Positions 48,121-59,165 of a stretch of DNA of 64,000 nucleotides are shown here, piece after piece; position 1 is the stretch's first letter, and each line of letters starts with the position of its first letter. Source of the stretch: Camelus ferus. Taxonomy: Eukaryota. A program made the position numbers and the translations under genes. Location of the stretch: positions 13,394,001 to 13,458,000 of the forward strand of contig NC_045696.1 in assembly GCF_009834535.1 (NCBI RefSeq), given 5' to 3'. Below the pieces are notes generated by a model. That model had not been told where the DNA came from. It worked only from the letters and a program-made list of their open reading frames with translations, and searched no databases.

Positions 48121-48162
<42 letters not shown>
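48121..48162. repeat. (ATT)14 microsatellite
   Basis: Read directly from the sequence. Confidence 0.98.
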
Positions 48163-48165
<3 letters not shown>

Positions 48166-48559
48166 TCCAAAATGGAAGAAAAGAAGCAGAAGGAGGGAAG
48201 TGTTAGGGGACTTGACATGGAAGTATTCTTTCAAGCGAGTCTGACCTGAATACATGCCAGCCATGCTGTATGACACACTGTTTCCCGAAAGTGCTAGACA
48301 TCTTTTATTTCTGTATATCAACATGGGTTGCTCTTTCTAACACATATGCCATTCCCTGCTTAATAAACTTATGCTCATCTTCGTACTCAATTTTTTTTAT
48401 TTTTTCATAAACCCTTTTCCAACTCTCCCATGCAGAATAGATTTCTTCCTGTAACGCTTCCATACATTATAAACATATTTGTCATAGCATTTCATAATTA
48501 TTTATTTACATGCTTCTGTCCCAAAGTAGAATGAAACCTCTAAGACATCTTCTATTTAT

Positions 48560-49350
48560 CATTCATTAACTGAAAACAATCTTTTGAGTGTTTCCCAAAC
48601 ATCAGGCACTGTTTACATTCAAGAGTTACTATAGTGTACACATAGACAAACACCATTTCCTCATGAAACTTACATTTCACTAGGGGGGGAAAAACCCTCA
48701 AAAGTTAAATATATAAAAAGTCAGATGCTCATGAGGATAAAAAACATGGTTAGTGGATGGGAAGTGAGCAAGGAGGTGCTTTTCAGGTAGAATGTTCAGA
48801 AAAGACATCTCTGACCAGATGTCACTTGTCACACGCACAAAGAACTCAGTAAAGAAATAGGTTAGCTTCGTGGGAGAGCGAAGACCCTGAGACAGAAGCA
48901 TGCTGGTCATGTTAAAAGATGCAAGTAAGCCAGTGGGGATGGAGCAAAGTGAGTGTGGAGAGAAGTAACTGCACACCAATTCAGAAGAAAGGGGGCAAGA
49001 TCATGAAGATTCTCATAGGTCATGCTAAGGATTTAACCTTCAGTTTTAGTTTAATGGGAAGACTGTATAGGGTTGTGAGAAGGCAAGTGACAGCCAATCA
49101 CTGAACAGGATCCACTGGCTTCTCTGTGGAGAACAGATCAAATGAGGACGTGATCAGAATCATAGGGACAAGGAGTAGCTAGGTGAGGGGTAACGGTGGC
49201 TTGGGTGAGGATGGTGGAGGTGGTGAGAAATGGTTGATGCTGAATATATTTTGAAGTTAATTGGAAAGTAGTATCTCCAATTACAGAACAGATATTTAAT
49301 ATGCATTTGTGGGAAGGATGAACTATTGAAATAAGTGACTCAAGATTAGA
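48560..49350 (-). mobile_element. L2 fragment (~0.8 kb)
   Basis: CAGGCACTGT..CCTCATGAAACTTACATT...CAAGATCATGAAGATTCTCATAGGTCATGCTAAGGA...AGGATCCACTGGCT..GGTGGAGGTGGTGAGAAATGGTTG..ATATATTTTGAAG. Confidence 0.85.
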
Positions 49351-50481
49351 CCTAGAGAGTCTTATCATTTAAATAATTACAAAGAAATGATTGAGTTTTG
49401 GTTCTTAAGCAGAGAGTCATCAAAGAAGCAAAAATGATGTTATGTGTTTCTTGGGTCCTTGTTAAAAAGTTACAGATCTTTTGTAAAACTCCTAAGTTTG
49501 TAGCTGCAAAAGCAAAGCCTTTAAAAACCAGAAAAGGAAGACTTTATTAGGAAGACTTTTATAAGCAAAATATAGATTAACAGGAAGCAGTAAAAAGTGT
49601 TTACAAAACCTCTGTTATCTGTGGTTTTGGAGAGAAAAATATTCTAATATTTGTACAACTTTAGATGATATAGTATATCTTTGGATACCATATGGATATA
49701 TTATCACCAAAAATGATGACAAATGATGTTTTACTGGCTTTCTGGTTAAAAAGGATAGTGCAGCTAAGTTTAATTGTGATGGGATATTTTGCTAGTGGGA
49801 CTTTAAATTTCTATGAATCATTTTGAGAGATCACATAAATTAAAAATATAAAAGCTTTAAGAATGGTCAAAATCTCTCATTATCCTTAGAGGGAAAAAAA
49901 ATGTTGGCCTAAAAAAAAAAAACTTTAAGAAAGTTTTTGGTTTTTATAAATTACTTCTAATAGCATCCTTTACACCAGTTTTAAGTTTGGAATGCACATA
50001 CAGTTGTATGCTAGATCATAACTGTTTAAGTTTGAAACCAGAATTGTTCTGAAATACTTTATTTGAATGCTATTTTAGAGAACAATCTTCTCCTTCCCCA
50101 ATCAAATCTGCATGATTTTATATGATAGGAAATTCCACTCCTGCAGAATAATTTAAACAAGTAACTTGTAGCCTCCTCTCTACTTTCACAGGCATTCCTG
50201 TCCAAAAGGAGGCAGTGGCATTGGATAGTAAGACTGAGAAAAGTGTGATGCACATAGCTTGAACTTCCTTCTCACACTGCACTCAGTCTTCTCTCTTCCT
50301 TATAGAAAAGTACCTGGGTAAAGGTTTGCACATTGGTAACTAAAGTGGGAAGGTTTGAGGGGTAGGAAGCCTATTTAGCCATTTGTTTAAGCTATGTTCT
50401 TTGTTCAAACGTCACTATTCTCCATCTCCATCTATTTGATGCCTGAGACTGTTTCTCAGTTGGCTCAGATCTCAAGGTGAA

Positions 50482-50948
50482 TGTCATGGTTAATCTTATG
50501 TGTCAGCTTGGCTGGGCCATCATGCTCAGATATGTGGTCACACATTATACTGATGTTTCCATGAAAGTGTCTGGGGTAAGATTAATGTTTAAGCTGGGGG
50601 ACATTGAGTGAAGCAGATTGCCATCTTCAATGTGGGTGGACCTCATTTGATCAGTGGAAGGCCTGAGCAGAACAAAAGACCAACCTCTCTGGAGCATGAG
50701 GGAATTCTGTAGCAGAGTCTTTCATACTTGAGTGAACCACAGGCTCTTCCCTGGGTCTCTAACCTGATGGCCTTTGGGCTTAACTGCAGCATCAACCTTC
50801 TGGTCCACTCTGCAGATTTGGGGTTTGTTAGCCTCTATAACTGGGGAGCCAATTCCTTGAAATTATATGTATGTACATGTAGAGAGATAGATTGAGATCT
50901 AGATATCTCATGTGTGTTTTGTTTCTCAGGAGAGCAAATATTAATACA
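50482..50948 (+). mobile_element. ERVL solo LTR (MLT2-type)
   Basis: TGTCATGGTTAATCTTATGTGTCAGCTTGGCTGGGCC...GAAGCAGATTGCCATC..AATGTGGGTGGACCTCAT..GAGCCAATTCCTT..TGTTTCTCAGGAGAG..TAATACA. Confidence 0.9.
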
Positions 50949-51748
50949 GTCTGATAGAAGGACTTAAATTGTAACTCCTTATGTCTCAAAAGACATCATA
51001 TTCAAAGTATAAGTAAAAGAATGAATTGCTCATAATATAAACTTAAATAATAATTTCTGAAGTCTTCTATGTGATACCAACAGATTTGAGGTTAGAGATA
51101 TTCTTATGAGAACTCATGCCTTCATTTCAAGGACAAGTCAAGTCAACTTTGCCCAAAACCATGCTATCGTGCTAAAGTGATTGAGCTAGATCATGGAGCT
51201 AAAGAATTACTCCTTTTGATAAACCTTTGCATGTTTCAAACTCATATTCAATAAAGAAAACATTGGTGATACTTTAAGGTTACTTAACTGGTTAACTATA
51301 ATCAGGAAAGCCTGACTTAAGGAACGCTATGAGAATCAAGTTGAAGAGGTGTACCAAACTTCAACTTTTGAAACCCTTACATGGAGGGCTTGAAGTTGCT
51401 ATATCAATTATGAAAACGCCACACATTTTAAAGCAAATTTTATTTTGGACTCAAGGTCTAGGTGAAAATTATTTTTTGCAGCTTTATAGAATATTGGAAC
51501 CCAATGGAAATAGAGATTAATGGGCAATGGGGGTTTTAAGAATAAAATATATATATATATAATATTTTATAATGCCCAAATCATGATGTATCAATGACTT
51601 ACAGTGAGTTGCCAAAGTGTGAAAAGATTTTTAGGTGATTGAATATTCATGAAACTGCACTTACAGGAAAGCTCTTATAAACTTGTATTTGGTACAATGT
51701 TCAGCCACCACAGTCAAGAGGGTTGAACTCTGGGGGCTTTCATGAATC

Positions 51749-52050
51749 CTATAATATATATAATATAAATATATATATATATATTTTGAAGCACAGTCAG
51801 TTTACAATGTTGTGTCAATTTTTGGTGTATAGCATAAAGCTTCAGTCATACATGAACACATATATATTTATTTTCATATTCTTTTTCACCATAAGTTACT
51901 ATAAGATTTTGACTATAGTTCCCTGTGCTATACGGGATGAACTTGTTGTTGATCTATTTTATATATAGTAGTTAGTATCTGCAAATCTCGAGCTCCTAAT
52001 TTATCCCTTCCCGCCCTATTCCCCCCTGGTAACCATAAGTTTGTTCCTAT
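51749..52050 (-). mobile_element. Young 5'-truncated L1 3' end; tail decayed to (TA)n
   Basis: TTGAAGCACAGTCAGTTTACAATGTTGTGTCAATTTTTGGTGTATAGC...CTGCAAATCTCGAGCTCC..TTTATCCCTTCC..CTGGTAACCATAAGTTTG. Confidence 0.92.
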
Positions 52051-52220
52051 TATCTTTTAATTAACATGTGTTATAAATGCTGTAAATGACTCGAGTGATC
52101 AGATCAGCTTACAAAGGCTTGTATGGGTCCACCAACTGGCAATCAGGGAAAGGGGGACATGTAGGAAAAAAAGACTTGGACTGTGTGTGTGCAAGGGAGT
52201 GAGGGGAAGGGAAATAATCC

Positions 52221-52628
52221 TGTTTCAGTTTATTGCTGTTCAAACAAACACGTCAAAACTTAGCGTTTTAAAGGAAAAACTATTTCATTCTCTCACTAAT
52301 TCTAATTTGGGCTGAGTTCAGTTGGATGGTTCCTCTGTTGGTGTTGCCAGTGGTCACTCGTGTAGTTGTGTTTAGCTGATGAGTGGGTTGGGGGCTTGAA
52401 TCAGCTGGGACTTTGAGATTATTAAACCTGTCTCTTTCATGGTGGGCTGGGGCTTTTAAAAAAGCAAAAGCAGACACCGTCAGGCTGTCTTAAATTGTAG
52501 CTCTGGAATTGGCAGTGTCTCTTCTGCTGCCTCCCTTTGATTCAAATGAGTCAAGAATTCATTATACAAGGGCATGATTACCAGGAGGTGTGGTGCATCG
52601 GAGATCCCCAACGTAACAGTCTGCCACA
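52221..52628 (-). mobile_element. Old MaLR LTR (MLT1F-H-like)
   Basis: TATTGCTG..AACAAAC..CAAAACTTAG...TTTGGGCTGAGTTCAGTTGGATGGTTC...CAAGGGCATGATTACCAGGAGGTG..TCTGCCACA. Confidence 0.8.
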
Positions 52629-52733
52629 AGCCTTGGTCTTTTATACCTGAGAACCTTAGTAAGTGATTTGGGTATAGGTGAGCCTGTGCTTTAGGTGGAT
52701 TTAAATATTGCTAAATTAACATTATAAATAAGT

Positions 52734-52819
52734 TGATATTGAGCATTTTTTTCAGGTGCCTATTGATCATTTGTATTTCTTCCTTGGAGAATTGCTTGTT
52801 TGGGTCTTTTGCCCATTTT
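52734..52819 (-). mobile_element. Isolated internal L1 ORF2 fragment
   Basis: Reverse strand reads KWAKDPNKQFSKEEIQMINRHLKK, matching L1 ORF2 KWAKD.NR.FSKEDIQMA.RHMK. Confidence 0.88.
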
Positions 52820-52899
52820 ATTTTCCTAGAAGCCCTGACATTATCTGAAAGTTTATAAATGGCAGGGATAGAGCAAAGTACTTTACATAATTTTTTATT

Positions 52900-53073
52900 T
52901 TTAAAAATACTTTTCTTTTTAAACTATTATTATTTATTTTTATTATTTTTAAACTTATTTGGGGGGGGGCAGGAGGCAATTAGGTTTATTTATTTATTTT
53001 TTTCATGGAGGTACTGGGGATCGAACCCAGGACCTTGTGCATGCATTCTACCACTGAGCTATACCCTCCCCCC
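52900..53073 (-). mobile_element. tRNA-derived SINE (camelid Vic-type)
   Basis: Reverse strand GGGGGGAGGGTATAGCTCAGTGGTAGAATGCATGCACAAGGTCCTGGGTTCGATCCCCAGTACCTCCA..AAATAAACCTAATTGCCTCC..A-rich tail. Flanks TAATTTTTTATT / TAATTTCTTTATT (TSD with one indel). Confidence 0.92.
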
Positions 53074-53200
53074 TAATTTCTTTATTCTTATACCACATTA
53101 TAAGATAGATTTTTATTATTAGCCCCACTTTATAGATGAGGAAAGGTCACACAGCAAAACCACTATTTAAACCTAACCAGTATTACTCCAGATCAAACAT
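53074..53200 (-). mobile_element. MIR SINE fragment
   Basis: TATTATTAGCCCCACTTTATAGATGAGGAAAGGTCACACAGC. Confidence 0.7.
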
Positions 53201-53529
53201 TTAAGCAAATTCTCCCTGCTGTAATCTAGTCTTTGAAGTCTGGTTTCCAAAATTCCAAAGTCTATCATCATGAAGATGATTGATTCTCTTTTTTCAGGCT
53301 TAGATCAAACCGATTTCCAATGTGGCTTAATTTCAGAAGGAAGAGACTCCTAAATTAAACTCCATTGCTGTGTAAGTTTCATAGAAAGTCGTTTCCTAGG
53401 TGAGAAAAGGCACAAGTTGGTAGATATCTCACCACACGTTGCAATGAACTCACTGAAACTCTGATAAGAGATATACCTGGTCACTCACTAATTTTAAGAG
53501 GAACCATTTCTGGACCATCATATGGTGAT

Positions 53530-53775
53530 ATATTATTCATATACTGTCCTCCTCAAATCCTTCTTGAAGTGTAAGCAAAGTACCTTGGCCAACTTGTACC
53601 CTCTTTATAACACAGATCATGGCGAGATGTAATCTTATTTCATGTATCTCTACCAATGGAGGTAAGATTTACAGTGAGACTGTGTTAGACTCTTTCTTTT
53701 TCTTTTTTGAACCTCCAACATTGAACACCCTGCAGGAACCAAGCAGGCACTCCATCAACATTTGTTGAATGAATG
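53530..53775 (+). mobile_element. L2 3' fragment
   Basis: Ends GCAGGCACTCCATCAACATTTGTTGAATGAATG. Confidence 0.7.
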
Positions 53776-54434
53776 TTGGTGGTGACGAATACCTACATAT
53801 TTTTCTATCTGTGTTAGCAAGCAGTGCCACTGAATGTCATTTCACTCATTCTAAATGATTGATTCTGCCACCCAAGCAGAAACACAATGAGCTAATGCAG
53901 ATGAATTTAAGAAGCCTTTGAGGACCTCTCTGCCATGAAATGTTGCCTGATAGAACTCAATACTGCACACTGTCAGATATGAATTATTCACTGCCTCTTC
54001 ACTCCTATATCATTATACCTTTCATTCTGCTGTGTCCGCACAGATAGGATTGATTCACACATCATACCCTGTAACATTTATAATCAGAAAGACTGGAAAC
54101 ATTTTCACAGGGAAGAAAAACATGTACGAATACACTTAGGCTAACCACTCTGGTAATTGGCTCTCCAGTTTCCAACTGAGCAACAGAAGTGCTGGAAAAA
54201 AAGAAAGTGTGTTGATTTTTGTTAAAATATTCATTGTTTAAGAAGTAATTCCAAAATAGAAACAGCTATTTTCAAACAGCTTAAGAACTATGAATCAATT
54301 GTGAAATCTTATACCACATGTTCCAAAGTAGGGTATTTTGCTGGCAATCATTGAAAAGCACTGGCCTGGAAAATCTACACGTAGAACCATTCCAACTATG
54401 GAAATGTATGAATTAAGAACATTGTTTGGAATTA

Positions 54435-54439
<5 letters not shown>

Positions 54440-54481
<42 letters not shown>
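54440..54481. repeat. (TG)21 microsatellite
   Basis: Read directly from the sequence. Confidence 0.98.
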
Positions 54482-54484
<3 letters not shown>

Positions 54485-54647
54485 AGTCTTTCCCGTGGGA
54501 AACCATGACAGCTGAATTAGAAACATACATACATACACACATACAAACACATACATGTGTACACAAAGCAAAGGAAAGCATATCAAATCAGAAATGAAAA
54601 AAATGTAGACCCAGTCTATCTTTTCTTTTAATTTCCTTTTTGTTTCT

Positions 54648-54765
54648 ATAAATAAATAACTATTTATTGAGGAACTACTATGTGCCATACATATTTCAAG
54701 GTGCTGGAAATAGAACAGTGAAAAAGTTAGATACATTGCTTGCTTCATGAAGCTTAGAGTCCCTC
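54648..54765 (-). mobile_element. L2 3' end
   Basis: TATTTATTGAGGAACTACTATGTGCCA..AGGTGCTGGAAATAGAACAGTGAA..CTTCATGAAGCTTAGAGTC. Confidence 0.85.
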
Positions 54766-55399
54766 TGACCACAGCCTGTACTTTGCCTTGTATTTCCATA
54801 TAATTTATTTTTGTAGAGTTCTAGAAAGTGCTACACATAATAATTGCAAAACAGATATGCATTGAATGAATACAAAGAAGTCAGGAAAACTTAATGTTGT
54901 AATAATGTAATAATTTCAGTTTTTAAAATTTAGATGTTAACAAGTTTGTAAATGCTAATAGAAACATGATTATTTACGCTGTTGTATGATGTGTGCTATG
55001 ATCTCAGAAATTTCAGTAAGAATACAAAAGTAAGAATGCAAGGTAAATAATGCAACAGAGGTGCAAAGATACTTGTGATATTAATTTGCAGCTAAATCAC
55101 AAACAGAATCGTATACATTTAGTTGGGAGGGGATATGTTATAACATAAGCTGAAAAGGGAGCTCCCACAGATCTGTCTACATGGGCATTAAAAAAATGTA
55201 TATGTGCTAATGGTGAAAATCTGCTCCTTTAATGTGTGCACTGTAATATTCTATTACTGCAATTTGTCACAAAATATAAATACAGTGGGTACTGAAGTGG
55301 TTATAGATTTCACTGAAAGACACAGTATTTGCCTCTGGCAAATATTTTGTGCTTACCCCATGTAAGTGAGGCATGAGATACAAGCAGAAGTGCTGGCTG

Positions 55400-55910
55400 A
55401 CGACCTGGTGCTACCTGCTCTGGCTCCTCTGCATCTGCAATAGCCTTTACCTCCCACCGTCTCGTCCCTGCAGCCCCATCAGACATCTTTCAGTCCCCTG
55501 AATGCTCTATGCACCTGCCCACCACAGGGCCCTTGCAAATGCTATGCCCCCTTGCAGAAATGTTCCTTTCTATTCTCCCACTCTGCTCCAACCAGCTAAC
55601 TCCCAATCTCCTTCAGATCTCATATCACACACTATTGCCACTGGTACCCATTTTTTCACTGGGTTGATGATGGAGAATCTCCAGTATATACCCTCAAAGC
55701 ACCATGAACTTCCCCATGGCATTCATGGCAGCCCTAGCTGTATATACATAAACACTGTTATGTATAATATTCATTATATGTACAATTATACATGCATATA
55801 TATAATTTTATCTGCATGCTAATATATGTTTCTCCCACTATACAGGGTTTACTGCAGCTCTATCACATAGTAGGGGCTTAATACATGTCTAATGAATAAA
55901 TAAATGACTG
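55400..55910 (+). mobile_element. L2 3' fragment
   Basis: CCACCACAGGGCCCTTGCAAATGCTATGCCC..CTAACTCC..TCCTTCAGATCTCA...CACATAGTAGGGGCTTAATACATGTCTAATGAATAAATAAATGA. Confidence 0.85.
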
Positions 55911-56299
55911 GATGGGGGGAAGCATCAAGAAAATTAAATAGCCCTATCATAAATTTTGAGAACCAAACACTTTTGCAGTTTTGATAATTTTTATAATAAT
56001 GACTTGATCATTTTTGCAACCCTGGGTTAGGCAACTATATTAACTTCTACCAAAGTCTAATCAGGTATTCAGAAGAAAATTTATATTTTTTTGGAAATGA
56101 TGTAACAGAAGTGACAATATTCTTTAAAAAAATTGCAGCATAATCCACTACTGCTACCGATGATCAATAAAAAATAGCAACTGGAGGAATTGAGGTAGAC
56201 TTGCTCTCTTCACCCCCCACTTTGTTCTTCACTCCTTGGTTAACCCCTGTGTTTACTTGGCCCTTCACCTTCCACTTGACCTTGCAAGAGTGGTAAAGA

Positions 56300-56510
56300 T
56301 CATGAGCTGAGGGCTGTGACAGACCTGGGTTTGAATGATGATTCTACCAGTATAGCCTACTCTGTAACTTCTCTGCCTCTCAGCATCCTAATATATAAAA
56401 TAAGAATAAATATCCTGCTTCATGGTTTTTCTGAATGTTTAATAAGGTAATGTATGCAAATTGCCTAGCATGTTCTTGGCACTGGCTAGGATTCAATAAA
56501 TAGTAGTGAG
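56300..56510 (+). mobile_element. MIR SINE
   Basis: CAGACCTGGGTTTGAAT..TAACTTCTCTGCCTCTCAG..TAATGTATGCAAATTGCCTAGCA..TGGCAC..CAATAAATAGTAG. Confidence 0.85.
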
Positions 56511-57923
56511 GGTTTGTTTTTTGTATTATTATTTTTACACTTAATTTCTGCTCTTCTCACCTTGATTACAGGTTTGGATTTTCTGATGTTCAGTTTTCCT
56601 GTGGGCATAGTGTTTCTAAGCCCTTTCTGATCACAGATGCTCCAGGTAATGTGTTATGCGTGCTGGCACACTCTGTTTAGGATTGCTTGGGGCCTCACTT
56701 AATGTAATTTCTCTTTCTTTCTTCACCTTGCTTTTAGCACATGCTACTGTAGCTGTATTTTGTGTATCTTTGTAAGCTGCCTGCAAGTCTTTCTGACTTA
56801 GGGCGGGCACTTGCCCAAACTACTCACCTTTAACGCCTGGACACTCATTCAGCACACCTGCTGATTGCTGTGGTCCCCTACCCAGGGCAGGTGAGAGAGG
56901 AGCAAAGTGCCAGACTCCCTTTAGGAGATGCTGGCTGAGGCCAACATCGTGACACACCAGGCCTTCCTTCTTCACCTCTGGTCTTTTCTCTTTGTTTCCT
57001 ACATGCTTTCATACTGCTCTGGGACTGTCCATCAGATCCAAGCCTCTAATTCATCAAGACCTTGTTGAGAACACAATTATGTTTCAAGAGTTCTCCGGAG
57101 CCTCTGAATCTTATAATCAGAAAACTGGATGAGGATAATGCACCTCTCCAAATAACTGATCATTGGATGAGGACATTTTGGCGTACAAAAACAACCAGGG
57201 CAGAGAGCAATTTTAGGAGTTAGGGCCTCTTAGGAATTTTGAAACTACACTTTATATTTCATAAATACGTTTGGGCCTGGACCCTTAAACACAGGTAGTG
57301 GTCCTTAGCCCGAGGAATGCATCATTAAGCCTTCATAAGTCATGTTTCACAATGGCTTGAAGTGGGAGAATGATTATTTCCTTTCTTTTTATTTCTTAAC
57401 TTGTTTGTTTTGTCATCGTGTCTACAAAGCTCAATCCAGAGCTAGCAATTACCTAATGATTAGGGTCTTATTTGCTTGTACAATTCTGGCTCAATAACCT
57501 GTTCCTCAACAGTAGATACATTTTCTCCAAACCACACGAATGTTCTTTCCTGCCCCACTCCACTGGCAGCAGGCACGCTTGATCAAAGAGAGCTGTGGGA
57601 GAGACTGTTCCCGTTGAAAGCAATAGCGTGCTGCCCCCTTCATAACCCTGGCAGGCTGCTGCCCACTGTTCTATGATCATGCACATTCATTTCAGCCAGT
57701 CAACACATTGCCCTTTGCAGAGTAGAGAGTATAATTTCTTAGAAATAAAAGAAGGATGCAGAAATCAACCAGCAGGAAATTGAACTGAAGCACTGGAAAA
57801 TTTAAGAGAAAATTGCATTATTTCTTCATTTTTAATACAATGAAAGAGCCTATCATGAGAAATCACATTCTTTGGGGGCCAAGTAGGAAAAAGATGGCTG
57901 TATACAAAAAGTACTAAGTCAGA

Positions 57924-58103
57924 ATTGATGGCAGTGGTCCCTGTATAAATTTAAACTTATGGGATTGCGTTATACCCCTTGAGATTAGTTTTGCTGTTTA
58001 AGGGATTTTCGCTGAAACAAGTATGTATGATTAATGTATAATGCCTCCTATTAAGAACTTGGAATGTGTACATTAAAAGAACTATAAATTACACTTTAAA
58101 AAA
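57924..58103 (+). other. Unidentified TSD-flanked retroposed 3'-end fragment (~180 bp)
   Basis: Flanked by AAAAAGTACTAAGTCAGA (57906-57923) and AAAAGGTACTAAGTCAGA (58100-58117). ATTAAA at 58072-58077 lies 20 nt before an A-run. Confidence 0.7.
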
Positions 58104-58739
58104 GGTACTAAGTCAGATTATCAATCTCTAGAAATGATGATAACATTTGGAGACAGACATGTGTCCCCCGGTTTATTTCCAGACGTTAATTTTAGGTTGT
58201 TTTTACGTAGTACGGCTTCTTTTTTTTTCCCCCTAACCAATTTAATGTACTTTATGAAAAATCCCTAGGTATGGGGAAAGAGTTATGATGATAACTATAG
58301 TAAGACACATATTAAACTATAAAGCCTCTGCTGGATTCAGATTCAAAATAAGATCTGCTCTGATTTGCCACAGTTTCATATGAATCATACACTTATAAAC
58401 ATGAACATCTAATATGTGTATGTAAATAGCTAAAAATACACACAAATCTATGTCTATATCTATATAGAGATCTTTACGTAGATACTAGCAGACACTCACA
58501 TATCTCATAAAATGAGCAATCAGGTAAATGTTATGCTAAACTCCCAGTCGTGCGTTCATACACTTTTCTTCTGCTAAAAGAAAGCAATCATTTTATTGGT
58601 AATGCAGAAGACATGAAGCTCAATTGTCTTCTTTGGAGATTCACCTGGGGGCGTTTGAGAGGTAGGGCAATAGAAGATAACCTTCGTATAATTTTGTTTC
58701 AAGGAGCCCAGAATACTTTACTTTCAAACCACCCATGGT

Positions 58740-59165
58740 TTTAGAGATAAAGTCCAAACTCTCCTCTTAGACATAAGGTTCTTCATGATCCAGCACCTGT
58801 TTCCTCTCTAGCCATTTTGGCAAACGTGGATGGTTTGCCCTAAGCACATGCCAAAACCTGCAATCTTCAAAACCTCAAATGCTATTTCGTAGTTTCCCCA
58901 CATGTTTTTATGCATGAGACACTCTTTCTCCAATTTTTTTTATAGCGAACTTGGAACTGATTCAGAATTAATCTTCTGATTTTAGTAGCCCTCACATGCA
59001 CATTTCTTATCCTTTCTGATATCTTTCTCCCTTACTGGAAGAAGAGTTTCTGCTGTTCTGGGGCTTGGTCTGCAATGACCTTGTCTTTCTGTGTCTGGCC
59101 CAGGCCTGGCCCATAGAAAAGGCTCAAAAAGTGTTTGTGGAGTGAAGGAGTAAGTGAGTGGTTGA
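58740..59165 (+). mobile_element. L2 3' fragment
   Basis: GATAAAGTCCAAACTCTCC..CTTCATGATCC...CCCAGGCCTGGCCCATAGAAAAGGCTCAAAAAGTGTTTGTGGAGTGAA. Confidence 0.75.

Noticed and set aside
10500..52820. Excess of minus-strand L1 pieces as proof of a + strand host intron
   Set aside because: Too few independent insertions, and several L1s and LTRs are on the + strand.
54648..54875. Opposed L2 ends as a miR-28/151-like hairpin
   Set aside because: The arms do not share the complementary segment needed for a stem. The pair near 48500-48700 is likewise too diverged.
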